A DNA stretch of 64,000 nt from NCBI RefSeq assembly GCF_964355755.1, contig NC_092673.1, positions 7,316,001-7,380,000 of the forward strand, written 5' to 3'. The position numbers were made by a program, and so were the translations under genes. The stretch's first letter is position 1. Every line of letters starts with the position of its first letter. A model generated the notes under the pieces. It worked only from the letters and a program-made list of their open reading frames with translations. It was not told the DNA's origin and ran no database searches. The DNA is from Antedon mediterranea. Taxonomy: Eukaryota > Animalia > Echinodermata. Shown here in pieces: positions 12,648 to 27,600 of the stretch.

Positions 12648-15600
12648 GTAAGTTTCTGCTTTGATGATGAATCAGGTGATAAGTTTTTCAGTATATGGGC
12701 TTAGACTGGTCCATTACAATGACGCATACAAGACACATTGGTTGAGACTGAGGCTATTGTTCTTACAGTACTATAACAATAACAATAAGAATTAACATTA
12801 TAATATTACATTATTAACATATCTACTTTCCCACTTGCTAAGTGTATCTTTTAATAATGATAATGATTTTCACGCTGCTGCTCTAGCCCGCTACGTCCCA
12901 TTAGGACTACTCAATCAGAAGCTAAAGCAAGCAGCAGTTATAGTTCTAAGGACAGACAGTTTTGTGAAAATGGAAACTCCACTATAATCTATTGATTCCA
13001 GCTGCTACAGTTGTAGACCCAAAAAACGTCTGGGAAAGAGTCTATTAGGACATGTCATGCTAAAATTACAAATCCCTAAGCATTTCTGGTATATTCACTG
13101 TCAGATATTCATTGAATTATTATTGAAACAGTCCATTAAAGTTTGTGTTTGAAATAGGATACTTCACAATTGAAATATCTAGGGTGATGAAGATTTGACC
13201 TTAGCAATAAAATTAACCAAAGTGACAGAAATTGAGTATTCACTTCTGTAACAAAAAAATAATATTTATTCACATATAAAAAAAGAAAAGAAACCCAAAA
13301 ACCATTTTCTGACAGACAATTTAAGTATTTGTTGCTTTAAATTACATTTTTTTCAGGTAAAATAACTATTATGTGACAATAAAATGACACATTCAAAAAC
13401 ATTTGAAATAAAAAATATTTTTCAATAAGCGAGCAGCGTTTTTTGTAAGAAATATTTCTTGTTTAAACCATAAACTATAAACTGTAGAACGCCCTTTTTT
13501 GGGACATCATTTCCCTGTTAACACTTTGACTGCCAAACACGAAGATCTTCGTGTTTGGAAACACAACGCTTGACTTTTTTTACGAAATCCCCGGTAGATA
13601 GGTTAATTGTTGGTATATACTATAAATATAGACACTATATTCGGTCTGGACCGTCAGTATTTTACTATTTGAAAGTAACTAATCTGGTTACGAACGACTG
13701 TCAAAATGGTTACTGTCATTCTTGGTACCATTGTAAAGCTAAAATCTTTATGATTATTTTAGTCTAAATTACATATAAATCAGATCACATACATAGTTTC
13801 TATCAGCTTTAATAAAAACATCGAATTAGGCTAAAAACGCTGGCGGTGGCAGTTTCTAACTGGAAAAACCTCTGGCAGTCAAAGTGTTAAGGGGATACAG
13901 TACTTTCCCATGAAATAAAATAGGGACAATAATATGTAATGTTACGGCCACCCCTATGCTATGGCAAGGCCGTAGCAAGAGGGAAAGAAAAAAGACGGCA
14001 AAGATGCTTTAAATATAATTATTATTATAAAATATGATGATCTGTGCTGAGGGATTGGTGTGGGTGGTGAAAAAAAACACATTTCAGACGAGGCAATTGC
14101 CTCATCTGCTTCATGCTGGCTACGGCCCTGCCTATGGTCACCCCTGTTAAGGGAACACTTTGTTTTGGGTGTACTGTAGTTGACTATACAGGTATGTCTC
14201 TATTGTGTTTACAAAAAATAAAGTTTAAACCAAACAATTACAAATATTATATTTATTAGTTATTATACATATCGAACATTAAAGTTACTGACAGTCGAAT
14301 TAGAAATGCTATTATTAATTCTTTGTTGTTAAAATTAGAAAATAGATGATTTGACAAATTCAAGGCCAATAAAATATTCTAATTAAAATTATTTTCTATT
14401 TGCTGTAATTAAACTGTAGAAACCGAAATTGTACGTGTTTTTTATGTCAGTAGTTTTAGTTTCAATAGTTCATCAAATATATTTTTAACATATGAGTTAA
14501 GCGTGCATAGTACGGCTTTAAACTGATCCAAGTTATATCCGAGTTACAACTGCTGAAGTGCTATAGTGTGATCGTTCAGCCCTCTTTTACCTCTACATGT
14601 TGTTAGAGTCACTGCTCACAGCAATTTAACCTCCCTTCAGCTTTATTGCTTGTCAGATCACTGATCTGAAAAGTGAAAGGTCATTGTTTGGTAAAAAACA
14701 TTGGCCTAAGTTGTGCCTAGGCTAAGTTTACATAGTTCACTCTCTGCGGGTGAAGTACGTTATTGCAGGGTAACGCTCTTTCACTTCGTAGTCTAATGTA
14801 TTTAAAGTCATTCAGACCATGTGTTTGAAGTCATGAACAAGTCAAGAACACTCTATATCGTTTGCTAAAAGGAAAAACAATTATTTATAATAATATTTAT
14901 TAGTTACTTTTTGTTTTTATTAATAAGAAAATAAAATGAATGAGTGAACATTGTGTTTATGCAAATTTACTATCCCATTTCCAGACAATAAACAGGAAAA
15001 TTTTAAAATTCAATAACCAAACAAGGTGATTAGTTTTTCAGACTATATTACCGGAATTCGTGTTGGTGGACAGGAAGGCGTGGACCTTGTCTCACCTTGC
15101 TCCACTCTACTGTCTGTCCCAGCAGTAGGCCACTAGATATTATTTTTGAGAACCTTATAGTCCTGTAATAATATACTGTATACTGTAGTTTTGTATCATT
15201 ACTCACATTTTTTCTTTTAAATTGGATTAATTTTTTCATTTCATTTATTCTTTATTTCGTATTCAAATGTACATACAGCATTTACAGATACAAAGTTCTT
15301 TAACTTATATACAAAATTACATAATTAATAAAACAATACAATAATAGTACAAAAGCCCATGGACCACAAACTGGTAATACATTAAAACTCTCGGACTCGG
15401 AGTAAAATTCCCCAGTTAAATAATAAATATTCTGTTTTGTGCTAAAATAAAATAAGTTTCAGAAAATAAGTAATTTTCGAGCCTTTTTGATTTATCTGTT
15501 AGATCAGTCTAATAAAATTAACTTTTCGTTTAAAAATTTTATAAAAAATTGTATAATTAGAATTAATTTGAATTTATATTTATTATCAGAGTTACATGTC

Positions 15601-18600
15601 AAAAGAAAAACAAAAATATATATATATATATTTGAAAGGCATGATTGAAACTCTGAAGCAATGAAGACCAAGGCCCGGTTTCTGCTGCCAATCCCAAATA
15701 TACCGTATAAATATACCGTATAAATACACCGTATATATACCGTATATGAAATTCGTGCACCGTTTCCGCTGCACATACTTCGTGGGTGGGCTGTAAAAAA
15801 AGTTGGCTTTCATATACCCAAAATGCATTTTGTGAGACGGAAGTATGGATTGACCTAGAGTCTCGTGTAGTGAGGTTACATGACAAAAACAAAACAATTA
15901 TGGTTTCTCAAAACGTCTTAGCATTGCTTTCTATTTTAAATCTAATGATTAGAAGTGGCAACGAATTTACATCGCACAAACAATCTAGAAATGTAGAATG
16001 GGCATTGACTACATTTATGCAAAGAAGACGACGGCGTTTGCCGATAACTTTGGCGTTATTAAGTCTACCACAAATTCTGCTTTTATTTTGTTTGAGATAC
16101 TTTTGTAAATCTTGGTATCTCTTCTGTTGCCATGTAGTCTCCCCCCAACCTTCGCTTCTCCCCACAATTGAATTGCAAAAATAGTTATTTCTTCAGTCCA
16201 CAGTGATATTTTGATCTGTTGCTTGCTTATTATACACGTGTGTGTCAATGCAGCAGAAAAACCAAACAAACGCGTCACGCTCTGTTAGTTTTTGACCTCG
16301 TGTCATGGGCCGGGTCACATATACGGTATATTTTGAGTGCAGCAGAAACGGGGTATGAAATATACGGTATATTTTGGAATATACCGTATAATATCCACAA
16401 ACGATGGGGATATTTATGCGGTATATATACCGCATATATTAGTCTGGGCTCCAGACGGAGTTTTTTCTTAATACAGTTAAGTATTAGTAAAAAAATATAA
16501 ATATTTTTGCACATATGGCGTTTCATACGTGTATTACTTGAGTTTGGATACTCCGTCTGGGGAAACACGCAAAAGTCACGTGGTTTGACACCAAGAATTC
16601 TTGGTGCATAGATTATCCGGTTGACTAGTTTCAGCTGCATGCGATTGGCTATTCACTCGTACACTGTTTTAATATTCATGTTTCAGAATTTCAAAAGACT
16701 CAACAACTAAGAAGGTACGCATGCGCTATGTTACGTTTAGACAATGTGTACTTGGGTACATTAATGAAAGTTTCTGAAGGCTAGAAATGATTTTATACCG
16801 TATGCCTAGTTAGTAGTCTGGTAAACATTTGATGGGATTTTTCCCAAGAAAACTCGTCTTGCTTCTCCGCAAATCAAACATTGAATGGGTCATTATTACG
16901 CGGAGATAATTTGATTTAATTCCCACCCAGACCCTGTCCTGTTCTGTGTAGTGGTGTACAACTCTCTGGACTGGTGTAGCCCTGTCTGTTGTGTGTGAAT
17001 CCTGTTGTGTGCCGGTGGTGGTATGTAGGCCTACCTTATTGGTGTTTTATTTGGCAGGTCATACGTGCGAGTTGAGTAGGACCTACGAAGGAGGCTTAGG
17101 CTAAGGACTAAACAATTAATAAACAAAACAACTTGGCAACACGATTTCATATTTCAACAGTCTCGATCGTACATTAAGCACTGTACGTACTCGATCTTTT
17201 TCATTTTGAAACAAAATGATCATTGGTTGATTCGAAATCCATATTTACATACCGCCCGCCCCATATAGCCAAATACGGTATGATAACCTACGTCATTCTT
17301 ATTGGATGTTTGCGGTCTGCAAATCGATTTCTATACGTGTTTCACAAGTCTGTATTTTCAGACAAAAATCACGGTCGAAATAAAAACAAATAAATAAAAA
17401 TAAAAAACAATACAGACTTGGGGCAAGTCTACGCATATATATACGGTATATTTTTTATGAGACCCATTTCTGCTGCCAAAAAATATACCGTATATAAAAT
17501 ATACCGTATATATACGGTATATTTTTGGCAGCAGAAACGGGGCCCAAGAAAGTTTTTAAGAAACATATTTCCATTGGAATCAATAATCAAAATTGTACAA
17601 AATTAATTAGTTTATTTAAAATTATGTTTAAAATAAAAACAAATTGTGCTATTTACAAGGTTTATTTCTGTTGGAGCTGAAAAAACAAGAAAAAAGAAGG
17701 AAAAGTTTCTTTAAAATTCAATTGGATTGGTTTGGAAATAAATTTAAATTTGTTTACAACCTTGAAATTTCAAGGTTCTGTAGGAGTTGAGACATTAAAC
17801 CAGAAAATACAGGAAACAAGGAAAAAGTAAGGCACAAATGACACTATAACCACAATATGAATAAACAAATATAATAAACCATATATCACACAGTATTGTT
17901 ATTTTGTTTAGACCTTGGTGTACTGTAATCAGGTCTATTATATATGTTTATGTTGTAAACACAGTACAGGAAAATAAAGTGAACAAGGTATAAAGAAAGC
18001 ACTCAATATAAAATAACCACATAACTACAATTATATCCTGTTATTATCACGAAATGGTACTTATAAACATATCAAGTACATTGTCCATATAGTATGTGGC
18101 GTGCAATCATTTACATGTATATGCAGTACAGTATGTAAAAAAAATGGATGGTGTTGCCTAGGCAAATCTCTAAAAAACAAATACACACTAATATTTGCCA
18201 CAATTTATTTGAAAATATGAATTGATCAAGAACGTTTTCAATTACAGTGAGTACCTTAACTCACCATCCTGGTGACGTTCAAGATATTTACTTCACAAAG
18301 TGTTTTGAATTCCTCATTTTTAACAATTCTTTTTACATCAAGAAGGCAACAAAAGACTGAGTTTCAATTGGATATGTAAAGAGCTGTTGAAATTCACTGA
18401 GATTATGACCAACAAGTATCTAATTAAAACTGAATAACAATTCCGCACGATAAAGCCATGTAAAGCACCAATTTAAGTGGTAATTTACCAGCTAGGATTA
18501 AAATAAAATTAAGCATCTATCGAACTTGTAAAGTTGAAGGTGAATTTGTCTGAATTGCTGTAAATATTATGCTAATGTTATACTGTACTGCAATTCTTGA

Positions 18601-21600
18601 AGCAGACTGTATTAGTTTGACCTAGCGTGACCTTTTATTTAAATAGCATCAATCAGCTATACATTATGTATTACATCAATATAACATGATTCAGTATATA
18701 CTTTATTTATACATTCAAGATGAGTATAGTTTATTAATATAATAATTTGATTGTGTGATGACTTGTATCTGTATTTTTAAACCATATTTGAGGCTTTGAA
18801 CAGGAAAATTGCCAAAAATTTTTTTATTTTTTATGGTATTTAAAAATAAAGATACAATATTTGCATGTTGGATGGTAAATAGCATAATTATTATGATGAA
18901 CAATTAATATTGTTTGGCTTCAAAAAATTAAATTTACCTTTTTTCTTTAATGATTCTTCGTTTCGATACCCTTGATAAACGATTTTCATTGACTTTACTG
19001 TAGGTATTTCATAATACTTCACACACGCAGACCGATTAGTTTACAAGATGGATGGAGCTTGTTCGTTGCATGTTGGAAAACAGCGAGTTAATGTTTACAT
19101 GCATGCAAAAGCTCCCTAATTTCAGATTCATAGTTAAATTCAAGTTAGGTTGCTGCAATGCTATACCAAACTATACCAAATTAACCAGTTTTAAAGAGTT
19201 ACATTTTATTAAAGTATTTGATTGTGTTATTTCATATGCTTCGCTTTACTTTACTGAATACTGTGATTTATTTTAATAATTTATTGACAAAAACAAAAAT
19301 TCCTTAATAATATATTCCAATGACGCAATTCAATGATCGATATTAATGGGTTACAGTGTCAGAGATTTGAAATGTGATGGCAAAACCTTTAAACAAGACT
19401 ACATCCCGGTGACATCTACCAATAGGCTCTTAATTATATTACTAGTATTAAAGGCCCCTTTTGGTTTGATGGTAGAAAATGCATATCCAACAGGCATGTA
19501 CTTTTATGTCATGATGCTTAGAGTGGAGTGCCTGGCATACGTCCCATTGTTTACAATAGATGTTGATGCCACATTTTGTTTTAATAGCCCCCCCCCCCTC
19601 TCAGGCGCGATAGGTGGGGGAAGAACAGACTTCAGCCCCCCCCCCCCTAGTGCCTCCCCGCCCCCCTATAATTCTGGATCCTCCCCACCTGTACGGTTTG
19701 TTGTATTTTTATTTTTAATATAGTGCCCTCTATGGTTTGGCTATAGTTTTTAAAATGTACCTCCCACTATTACATTTTTTTCAATTTAGGACCTATGGTG
19801 GCACCAACTTCATCATTCATTGAAACAGACCCAGTACTGGCATTTGAAAGACCAACACATGTCTCCATGGCATTGTACAATCGCAACTTAACCATTACTA
19901 TATACATAATCAAATACATGTCATCTCATTCTAATTCCATTTGTTTCTAATTATAGTGCATATTTAATTCTGCCTGAGGAAAGGATTGATTTTAAGCGTG
20001 TTAAATAATCGAAGCAGAGAATATCTGGACTGGAAAATTACAGTTTCCAAATAGGATGGATGTTCAGAAGAGATAATGATTGAATTATAGATGCATAGGG
20101 GTTGTGTCATTCAATTGAAATGCTCTCATATTATTATTGCATTTGTAATGAATTAATTCTGTGATCAAGGTGAAAGAATTAATGTACTTACTGTACATAG
20201 CCATTTTAAAAAGAAAACTATACTTTTACAATAGGCTCCTAAAGATTTGTTTATATATTCATGGAGTAAAACATTCTATGATACAGTTACAGTACCTGAT
20301 AAAATACACTAGGAATAATTATACATATTATCAGTGAATTTACTGTTGGCCTGAAATTGAAGTATTTCTCTTGAATCTATTGAATATAATGCTCATGTTA
20401 GGTACGTCAACATAATGTACAGTAGCTAATCATAACTACAACTTCTAAAAAAAAATATGTATTGTGGACGTGAAACTAACAATTTTTTATTTTCCTCATG
20501 CAAGTCCAACATAAGTATGAGTGAACATTTTAGGATGAAATTTGGGGGAATAATCAAGATAGAGTGGGAACCAAAACAATATCATATTTATAGTTTTCTG
20601 TATATTTAAATGATGATGATATTAAACTACTGTACTGTATCAATTTATACTAGTACAGTTTAGTAACTTGATACATGAATACATACAGTACTCATGTGCT
20701 ATGCATTATCCTGCAATGTTAAACTTCCTAAAACTACATACAGCTGAATGTTGTTAATCATCAATATGTTGCAATGTCCAGTATTAAGCGCTGTCTACAC
20801 TATCAAATTTTTTTGACAAAAAAATGTGCCCAAATATGGTAGCCATATTCCCAAATATGGTATTTATATGACATCATCATGTCTATATATGGGCATATAA
20901 AGTTTGATAATATAGACTACAGAGCTTTAGCATAGAGCATTGCTTTTCATGATGAAAGATATTTTAATAAATAACTAATAACATTATTTTAATAAATAAA
21001 TAATAATAACATATTTTAATAATAAATAATAACATATATTAATAACTGAATACCTTTGTGATTTTACCACGACCAAAATAATTTCCCCGATTGTGGATTA
21101 GGTTTATTGTATTATACTGTATGGCCTGCAGCCTGACAATTGGTTAGAATGCAAGTCTGTAATTTGTCATTAATTATTTCTTGTACAAATCATTAATTAA
21201 TCACTGCGAATTATGCTACTGTACATTCCTTATTTACAATTTCATTACTCTTATAATATTTCAATGATCTATACTTTAACAATGCTGGCATTTATCCAGG
21301 GTACATAGAAGTCCAATATTTATCTTTAGTTTATCACCTACTAGGCCTATATAAAACCATATTAAACACACTACAGTATATTCCTTCATTATAATTTCAA
21401 GAAATTTTTCATAAATTTTTTTTTTATTTTGAATGCTTGGAAAATAAATAGTTTGTTCGTACAACACAAAATCCATTTCACATGCACAGTGTCTGTAGTC
21501 GCGTTAGTGGCGCCACGTCGGACAGCATTAAAAATTAGAATTGAATTTTATAATAAAAACAAATTGGCTTTCATTAAAAAATGTCTATTCATCTTCAATA

Positions 21601-24600
21601 CAAACTTTATCATATTACATCTTGCTAATCTGTAATAAACTGGAAATCCACTAAACGTGTTTGTTAAAAACAATGTCATTAACTCCAATTTGTCATTCTC
21701 CAATGACATGAGAACATTAAACACAATACTTAGCAGAAACATTACTTCATATTTTACCCTCTATTCCCGGTTGACAATTAAATGTCAACGGCATATAAAT
21801 TCTCTCACCAATTGATCTCAGTTAAAATGTTTTAAATATTTAGAGCAATTTATTTTAATGGCGTGATATTTATTATTAGGATCTTCTGTGATTAATTGTG
21901 ACAAATGTTCAGCATTTTTGCTTAGGTTTTGTCAAATGAGCGAACCACGCACCATTTATATCAATGGCATGACGCATCCAGTTTTTTAAGACGGTACAGG
22001 AATTTTAACGTAGCTCTTAAAAGGTACTCTTGGGATAGCAAAAGGTTCTTAAACTTCCGAGTATGATTAAAATACATAAAACGTATTAGTTTGGTTAGTA
22101 TCGTTTAAGGTGCAGATGATTGTATTGAATACAACATTCAGTACAGTTTTGAATGTTTTAAACCATCTGTGATGCTGTGTACCGTCGTATAACCGTATAT
22201 AATCCCATGCTCATTATAATCCAGTCTCCTAATTTACATAAGGTTAAATTGGGGAAAAAGGGGAAAAAATTCCACCGAGTGATAACCCCTATCCGTAATT
22301 GTCATAACATTTTGTACAAAGACCCTGGGACTATACATTGACCATAAACATGTACAGTACAGAATTCTTTACAACTACCTAATATTAAGATAGCCTAGGC
22401 AGTCCTACAAGGACCCCATGTAGCCCATGTCTCCCGAAAAACAACATACACATAACCCGTCATGTGACCATTATTAAAGTAGAAACTTGGCCATGAAACC
22501 AATGAGTGGAAATATATTATATTCAGGGTCCCAAGTGCCCCTTAGAGGTACAGTATACTGTAACCTTAATTTCAGAACATAATCTACTTATCTATCCCTC
22601 TCCACCCCTTCCTCTATTTAAAATTTACTGTTCGATACTGTATGAATAATTTTTAAAACAAGTAATATTTCCAAATAATTTTTTCTCTGCTGCTGAATAT
22701 CTTCTGCTTCTTCAAATCTAACATTAGCCAACCAAAATCAATAGTCGAAGAATTACATTACCTTTCTGTAAAATGCATCTCATTTTCCATCCAATTTTGT
22801 ACGTCAGTATGACTTCGCAAAAGTCATGTACATTACTCATTTTTTTTCTTTACATTTAAAATTAACTAGTAATTTTTAAAAAGAACATATGTGCTAGACT
22901 GATTGCTCAAAACCCCATTTATTTTGTACTGTACATATTTAGGATTTTGAAGCATTTTCAATCCAACACTTCAACTTGTTTTAACATCCAATTCTCATTT
23001 TTAGAAAGAGGATGAAATATCGTTTTAGCAGGAAGCTTTTTGTTTACATCTCCATGAATTTAGGTACGGTAGTTTAAAAAAGTCTATATGAATTTCATCC
23101 TTATAATAGTAATCAGAATATTATAAAAGTAAATTTTTGAATAGGACCGTTAGGATTGCAAACAAATAAAAATACTCTCTCCCATTCAGTGAACAAAATG
23201 TTCACACCATGCAATTAATTTTCATTGTGTCAGACTAGTACATAAATTACTACTTTTCTTATTAATTCATTCTAACAGTAATCAGAATATTATAAAGGTA
23301 AATTTTTGAATAGGACATTCAAATTGCAAACAAATGAAAATATTCTCCCTATTCAGTGAACAAAATACAACCATAAAATTGATTTTCATTGTGTCAGACT
23401 AGTACATGAATTGATACTTTTCATTTTGAGCCAGACTTTACAGTGCGTACACTTGTTCTGGGATGGTTGAGTCCTCCCTGAGGCTGAAAGTAACCCAGAA
23501 TATATGTCATTAATTTTTTTTCTGCTGTGTTTTTTAAATTTGATTAGTCTATAATTGTATGCATTAGATAATGTGATTTTTAACGAGGTAATTTAAAATT
23601 AATGGTATAAAGAGCGTAGTAGATTAGAATTAATTTATGTCAGGGGGTTTCTGTAATTAATGCGTACTTTCATACATTGTACAGTAGATAGCCTTACTAC
23701 GAATAGCTGATAAATAATAATACACATTGTTAAGCTGTCTGTAGTACAGGTACTGTATATACAATATACAATGAATATATAACCATTCAGAGCTGAGGAA
23801 ATAAGACAGTCAGGCTTGCAAACGAATAAAGATATTTTCCCTATTCAATGAACAAAATGTTCACTACCATACATTAGTGTTCATTGTGTCATACATAGTA
23901 CATGCTAATCCATGCTTATTCTACTGTACAATAGAGGAAAGCATAGAGAAATGTTTAGGAACAAAAGACTGGAAAAATATACAAAAAAAAATGTTTCTCC
24001 TTAACAGTTTTATGGAAATCTATAGATAAAATATATTAAATTTGGTTATTTTCAGTACTTTTATTCTTTACTTTTCAAAGCCCTACAATACTATTAGTAC
24101 TGAAGCCACTATCAAAGTGATTTAGACTATAAATGGACATGCGCTCTGCTACCCTGTATTTCCATGGTTCAATAACAAGCATCATCATACATAATGTACA
24201 CACTCCACATTTTTTACATGTCACTAACCCCCTTGCTTATCCTGAATGTTCCTGCATACTACGTCATACCATCGCCACGCGGCCATGTGGCGAGCTAATT
24301 CTGAATGTTATCTTTACTACGTCAATAAATGGTAACGATTCACAATTCCACTTAGTACAAAGTATGTAGAGTACTATACTGTAGCTTAAGGTCAAAAGGC
24401 GTACTTCAACATTATGGAAGTAAATCTTCCCCCCACCCCTGGCAGCACCCGCTTTTCCCTATCCCCTTTTCCAAAATGTGGATGCTGTAAAATGGTCATT
24501 TTTATGATTCATCTTGCCAGCCATTGTTGAAGTAGACAGTGCAGTTCGTTCTTGGTTTAAGTTCCTTTTGTTATTAACCTAATATTTTGGTGCATTTTTC

Positions 24601-27600
24601 ATGATCTACTGTATAACAATTACAGTTTTGTATACAATGGTTTCTGTGTACCATGATATAGGAGAAAAACATGACATGTCTATTTACCTAATGACTAGTA
24701 AAAGTATACAAAGTGGTGAAAATCAGGAACTTGTAATTCTGCTGATTTTATAATAGTTTACTTTTAACTGTAATGTAAAGAGATAGCTTCTTGGAAATCC
24801 AATTGATTGTTTAGTGTCAGTTACTTTAAATGAGGCATTTTTATTTGGCTTCAGTGGTACTTACTGACAATGAGTTAAATAAACCTGTGGCTGTGCACGT
24901 TCATTGTATTTCCACATACTGTAAATTTTTGCACAATAAATTTATTTCTTTCCTGCTTAAAATTGTTGTTTACAAATATGAATATTGGTTTATCAGTTCT
25001 AGGATTTTCAAATAGAATATGACATACTTTGTAAATAACAGTTAATTACTAAAATGATAATTTACCCAACTGACATATTTGTACTAAAAAACCTTCAAAT
25101 TCAAATATATTTAGTTGCAAAAAGTTAGATGTTCTGCCCAAACTGACAATCGTAATGTTATTCCCAATCAACGTAGTACTTATAAAATAATGTTTGACGT
25201 ACAGTAATTTTATCTAAAAAGTTAGGAAGATGATGTTTGCTAAACTGACTTAATTACACAGAATACTGCACATACTCATTACATTGAAAATAGAACAAAA
25301 GAAAAATAACATCGTGCAAGTTGTTCTCGGGCTGGATTTGAACAAAAACCTTTTTGGTTATAAGTTGTCATGATGTTTTTACACCTCTGTTTAAAATGGT
25401 ATAACAGTGTGTTTCTATGTGTTTAACCTCTATTGATCTTTGTCATACTCCAGTCTACTAAGTGTTTTCATTGTCTACATAATTTTGTTGCTAATATTTG
25501 TCAGTTATTTAAATGCATTATATAGTGCACTAATATAGTCAACTACCTGTAATGATGCAGCATTTCATTTAATGTTCAGCAAATGAAACTTTTAGTTATT
25601 AATGAAAAAGTATAATCCCATTCTCGAGTTTAAATTCCTTGTCTTAAATGTACGTTTTATTGTAAATTATGATAAAAAGAGGGATGCACTACCTAAGTAG
25701 CTCGCGGCGCGTGACCTCTCGTGGACGGTCTTTAGGCCTAGTAGGCTTAGTTTTGTAGGCCTAGCTGGTAAACATCGGTAACGTACAAACATTGTACGCT
25801 AGCTATATACCTAGCCTGAGGTTGTGTAATTGCTGCAATTGTCTTTCTATTTTTTGTCAGATTCCATTGATACAAATTGGGGAAAACCCGGTATTTTCGC
25901 TGAAAAGTTTGGAGTCTTCCATTTGTTTTGGTCTCACGATCGATCGAAAAAGTGGGTGAATTACAGAAGAAAAACAAAAATATAAATCCGCGCGCAATGC
26001 ATTTTGGGATTTGGGATGCAATAGGACCATATAGTATTATACATTAAATATAGTTCGTAATCTTGAATTAGATCTAAAAAACGTAGGGAAGGTGTCTTTA
26101 ATTTTATTGTTAAAGCTTTCATTCAAAGATGTAATATTTAATATGATCTGCATCAAATTGATTAGGAAAAACATTTTGGGTTTTATTTAGATTCTGTAAA
26201 TTTGCTGTACTGTATAAGGTAGTGACTTCTATGCTGGAGCTATGGAGTCACTAACCACACCCATTCATTTTGCGTAGTTTTTGGTTTCAAGGCTAAAAGT
26301 TTTGCTTATTTTCTTGTATCGGACAAACTGTTTGGGTTTAAATTTTAGGTTCTGTATTTTGTGGTATAGTGACTTCTCAGCTGGGGCTTAATAGTCACTA
26401 ACCACACCCATTAATTTGTCATGGTATTTTATTTCAGTGCTTTAATTGTTTGTGTTTTCATTAGAGGTATATTAGACTTTAATTAGAAGTTTTACTATAA
26501 TAGAGCTATAGCTTTGTAATGTATACCAGCTAGACATTAGTATAGTATGTACACTTGTCCCATTAGAAAACATTTATCCAATTAGAGCAAGTAACCCATT
26601 AAAGACATTGACATTGTGTTATTGATATGGCTTCTAAAGTAGGTTGGTTGACATACTATAACCTAACTACAGTGTAATAAAACTAGGATCTAGACTCCAG
26701 CAATAACATCATATACACAAACATAGCAGGAACCATGAGAACAAGAATGTAGATAACGCTGCAAGCAAAAGAAAGTCACGAAGTTGGCTGTTCGGCTCAC
26801 AGGTCAGGTTCTTAAGTGCAAATTGTATTTTCAGTGAAGCTTCAAAACTAGGTGACTATTTGTATTCTATTCAGACAAATATACAGATACGTTTTTTTGT
26901 TGTCATATTTTGTTACATTGCCGTTTTAATCTACCTAAAAATTAAAATCTTAAAATATTAACATAAAATCTAAAATTAACAATCACACACAAAAAATACT
27001 GATCAAGATTAAATTATATTTTATTATAACATTTCTTGATTATTGATTAGATGTTAAAAGTTGAAAATATAGGCCAGTATAGTTTATAATAATTTCATAA
27101 GCTACTGTATGAATACTACAGTTATAAGAATACGATTGTTTTAAAGCGTTCAGTTTTTATGAATAGGAATTTCATATTGTATTTGTTGGTTCTTCTCACT
27201 ATTGACTTTATGTAATGAAAAGGTCTAACAGTAAATACAGAAAAGTTTCAAATGAATCACTGGATAAATTGTTCATACAAATAAACAAGTTCTCAATATT
27301 GTGTCTAAGATTACTGATGAATTAACACTGAAAAGAAACACATTGTAGAAGAGCTACTAAACCATGAACCTCTAGATTACTTTCTGCCTGACAAGCCATT
27401 TCTTATAATACCATATTTATTATTTGAAGAGTTGTTACTGATATTTGACATGTGACACCAATATAGTTAGTTTTGTCACAATTCACCAATCCAATAGCCC
27501 ACACTGTTTCCTTGTGACTCATCGGTTCTATTATTGTTCATGCTTATCTGTTTGATTGTACCTGAACGTTTTGGTTATTATAGGCCTTACGGCGAAGCTG

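Noticed and set aside
15504-16640. Cluster of overlapping Tyr/Ile-rich ORFs
   Set aside because: Derived from ATATACCGTATA subterminal repeats of the Harbinger-like element.
19346-19723. Pro-rich ORF that might be a C3G exon
   Set aside because: The prolines come from poly-C tracts in a probable decayed MITE; no fitting splice sites.
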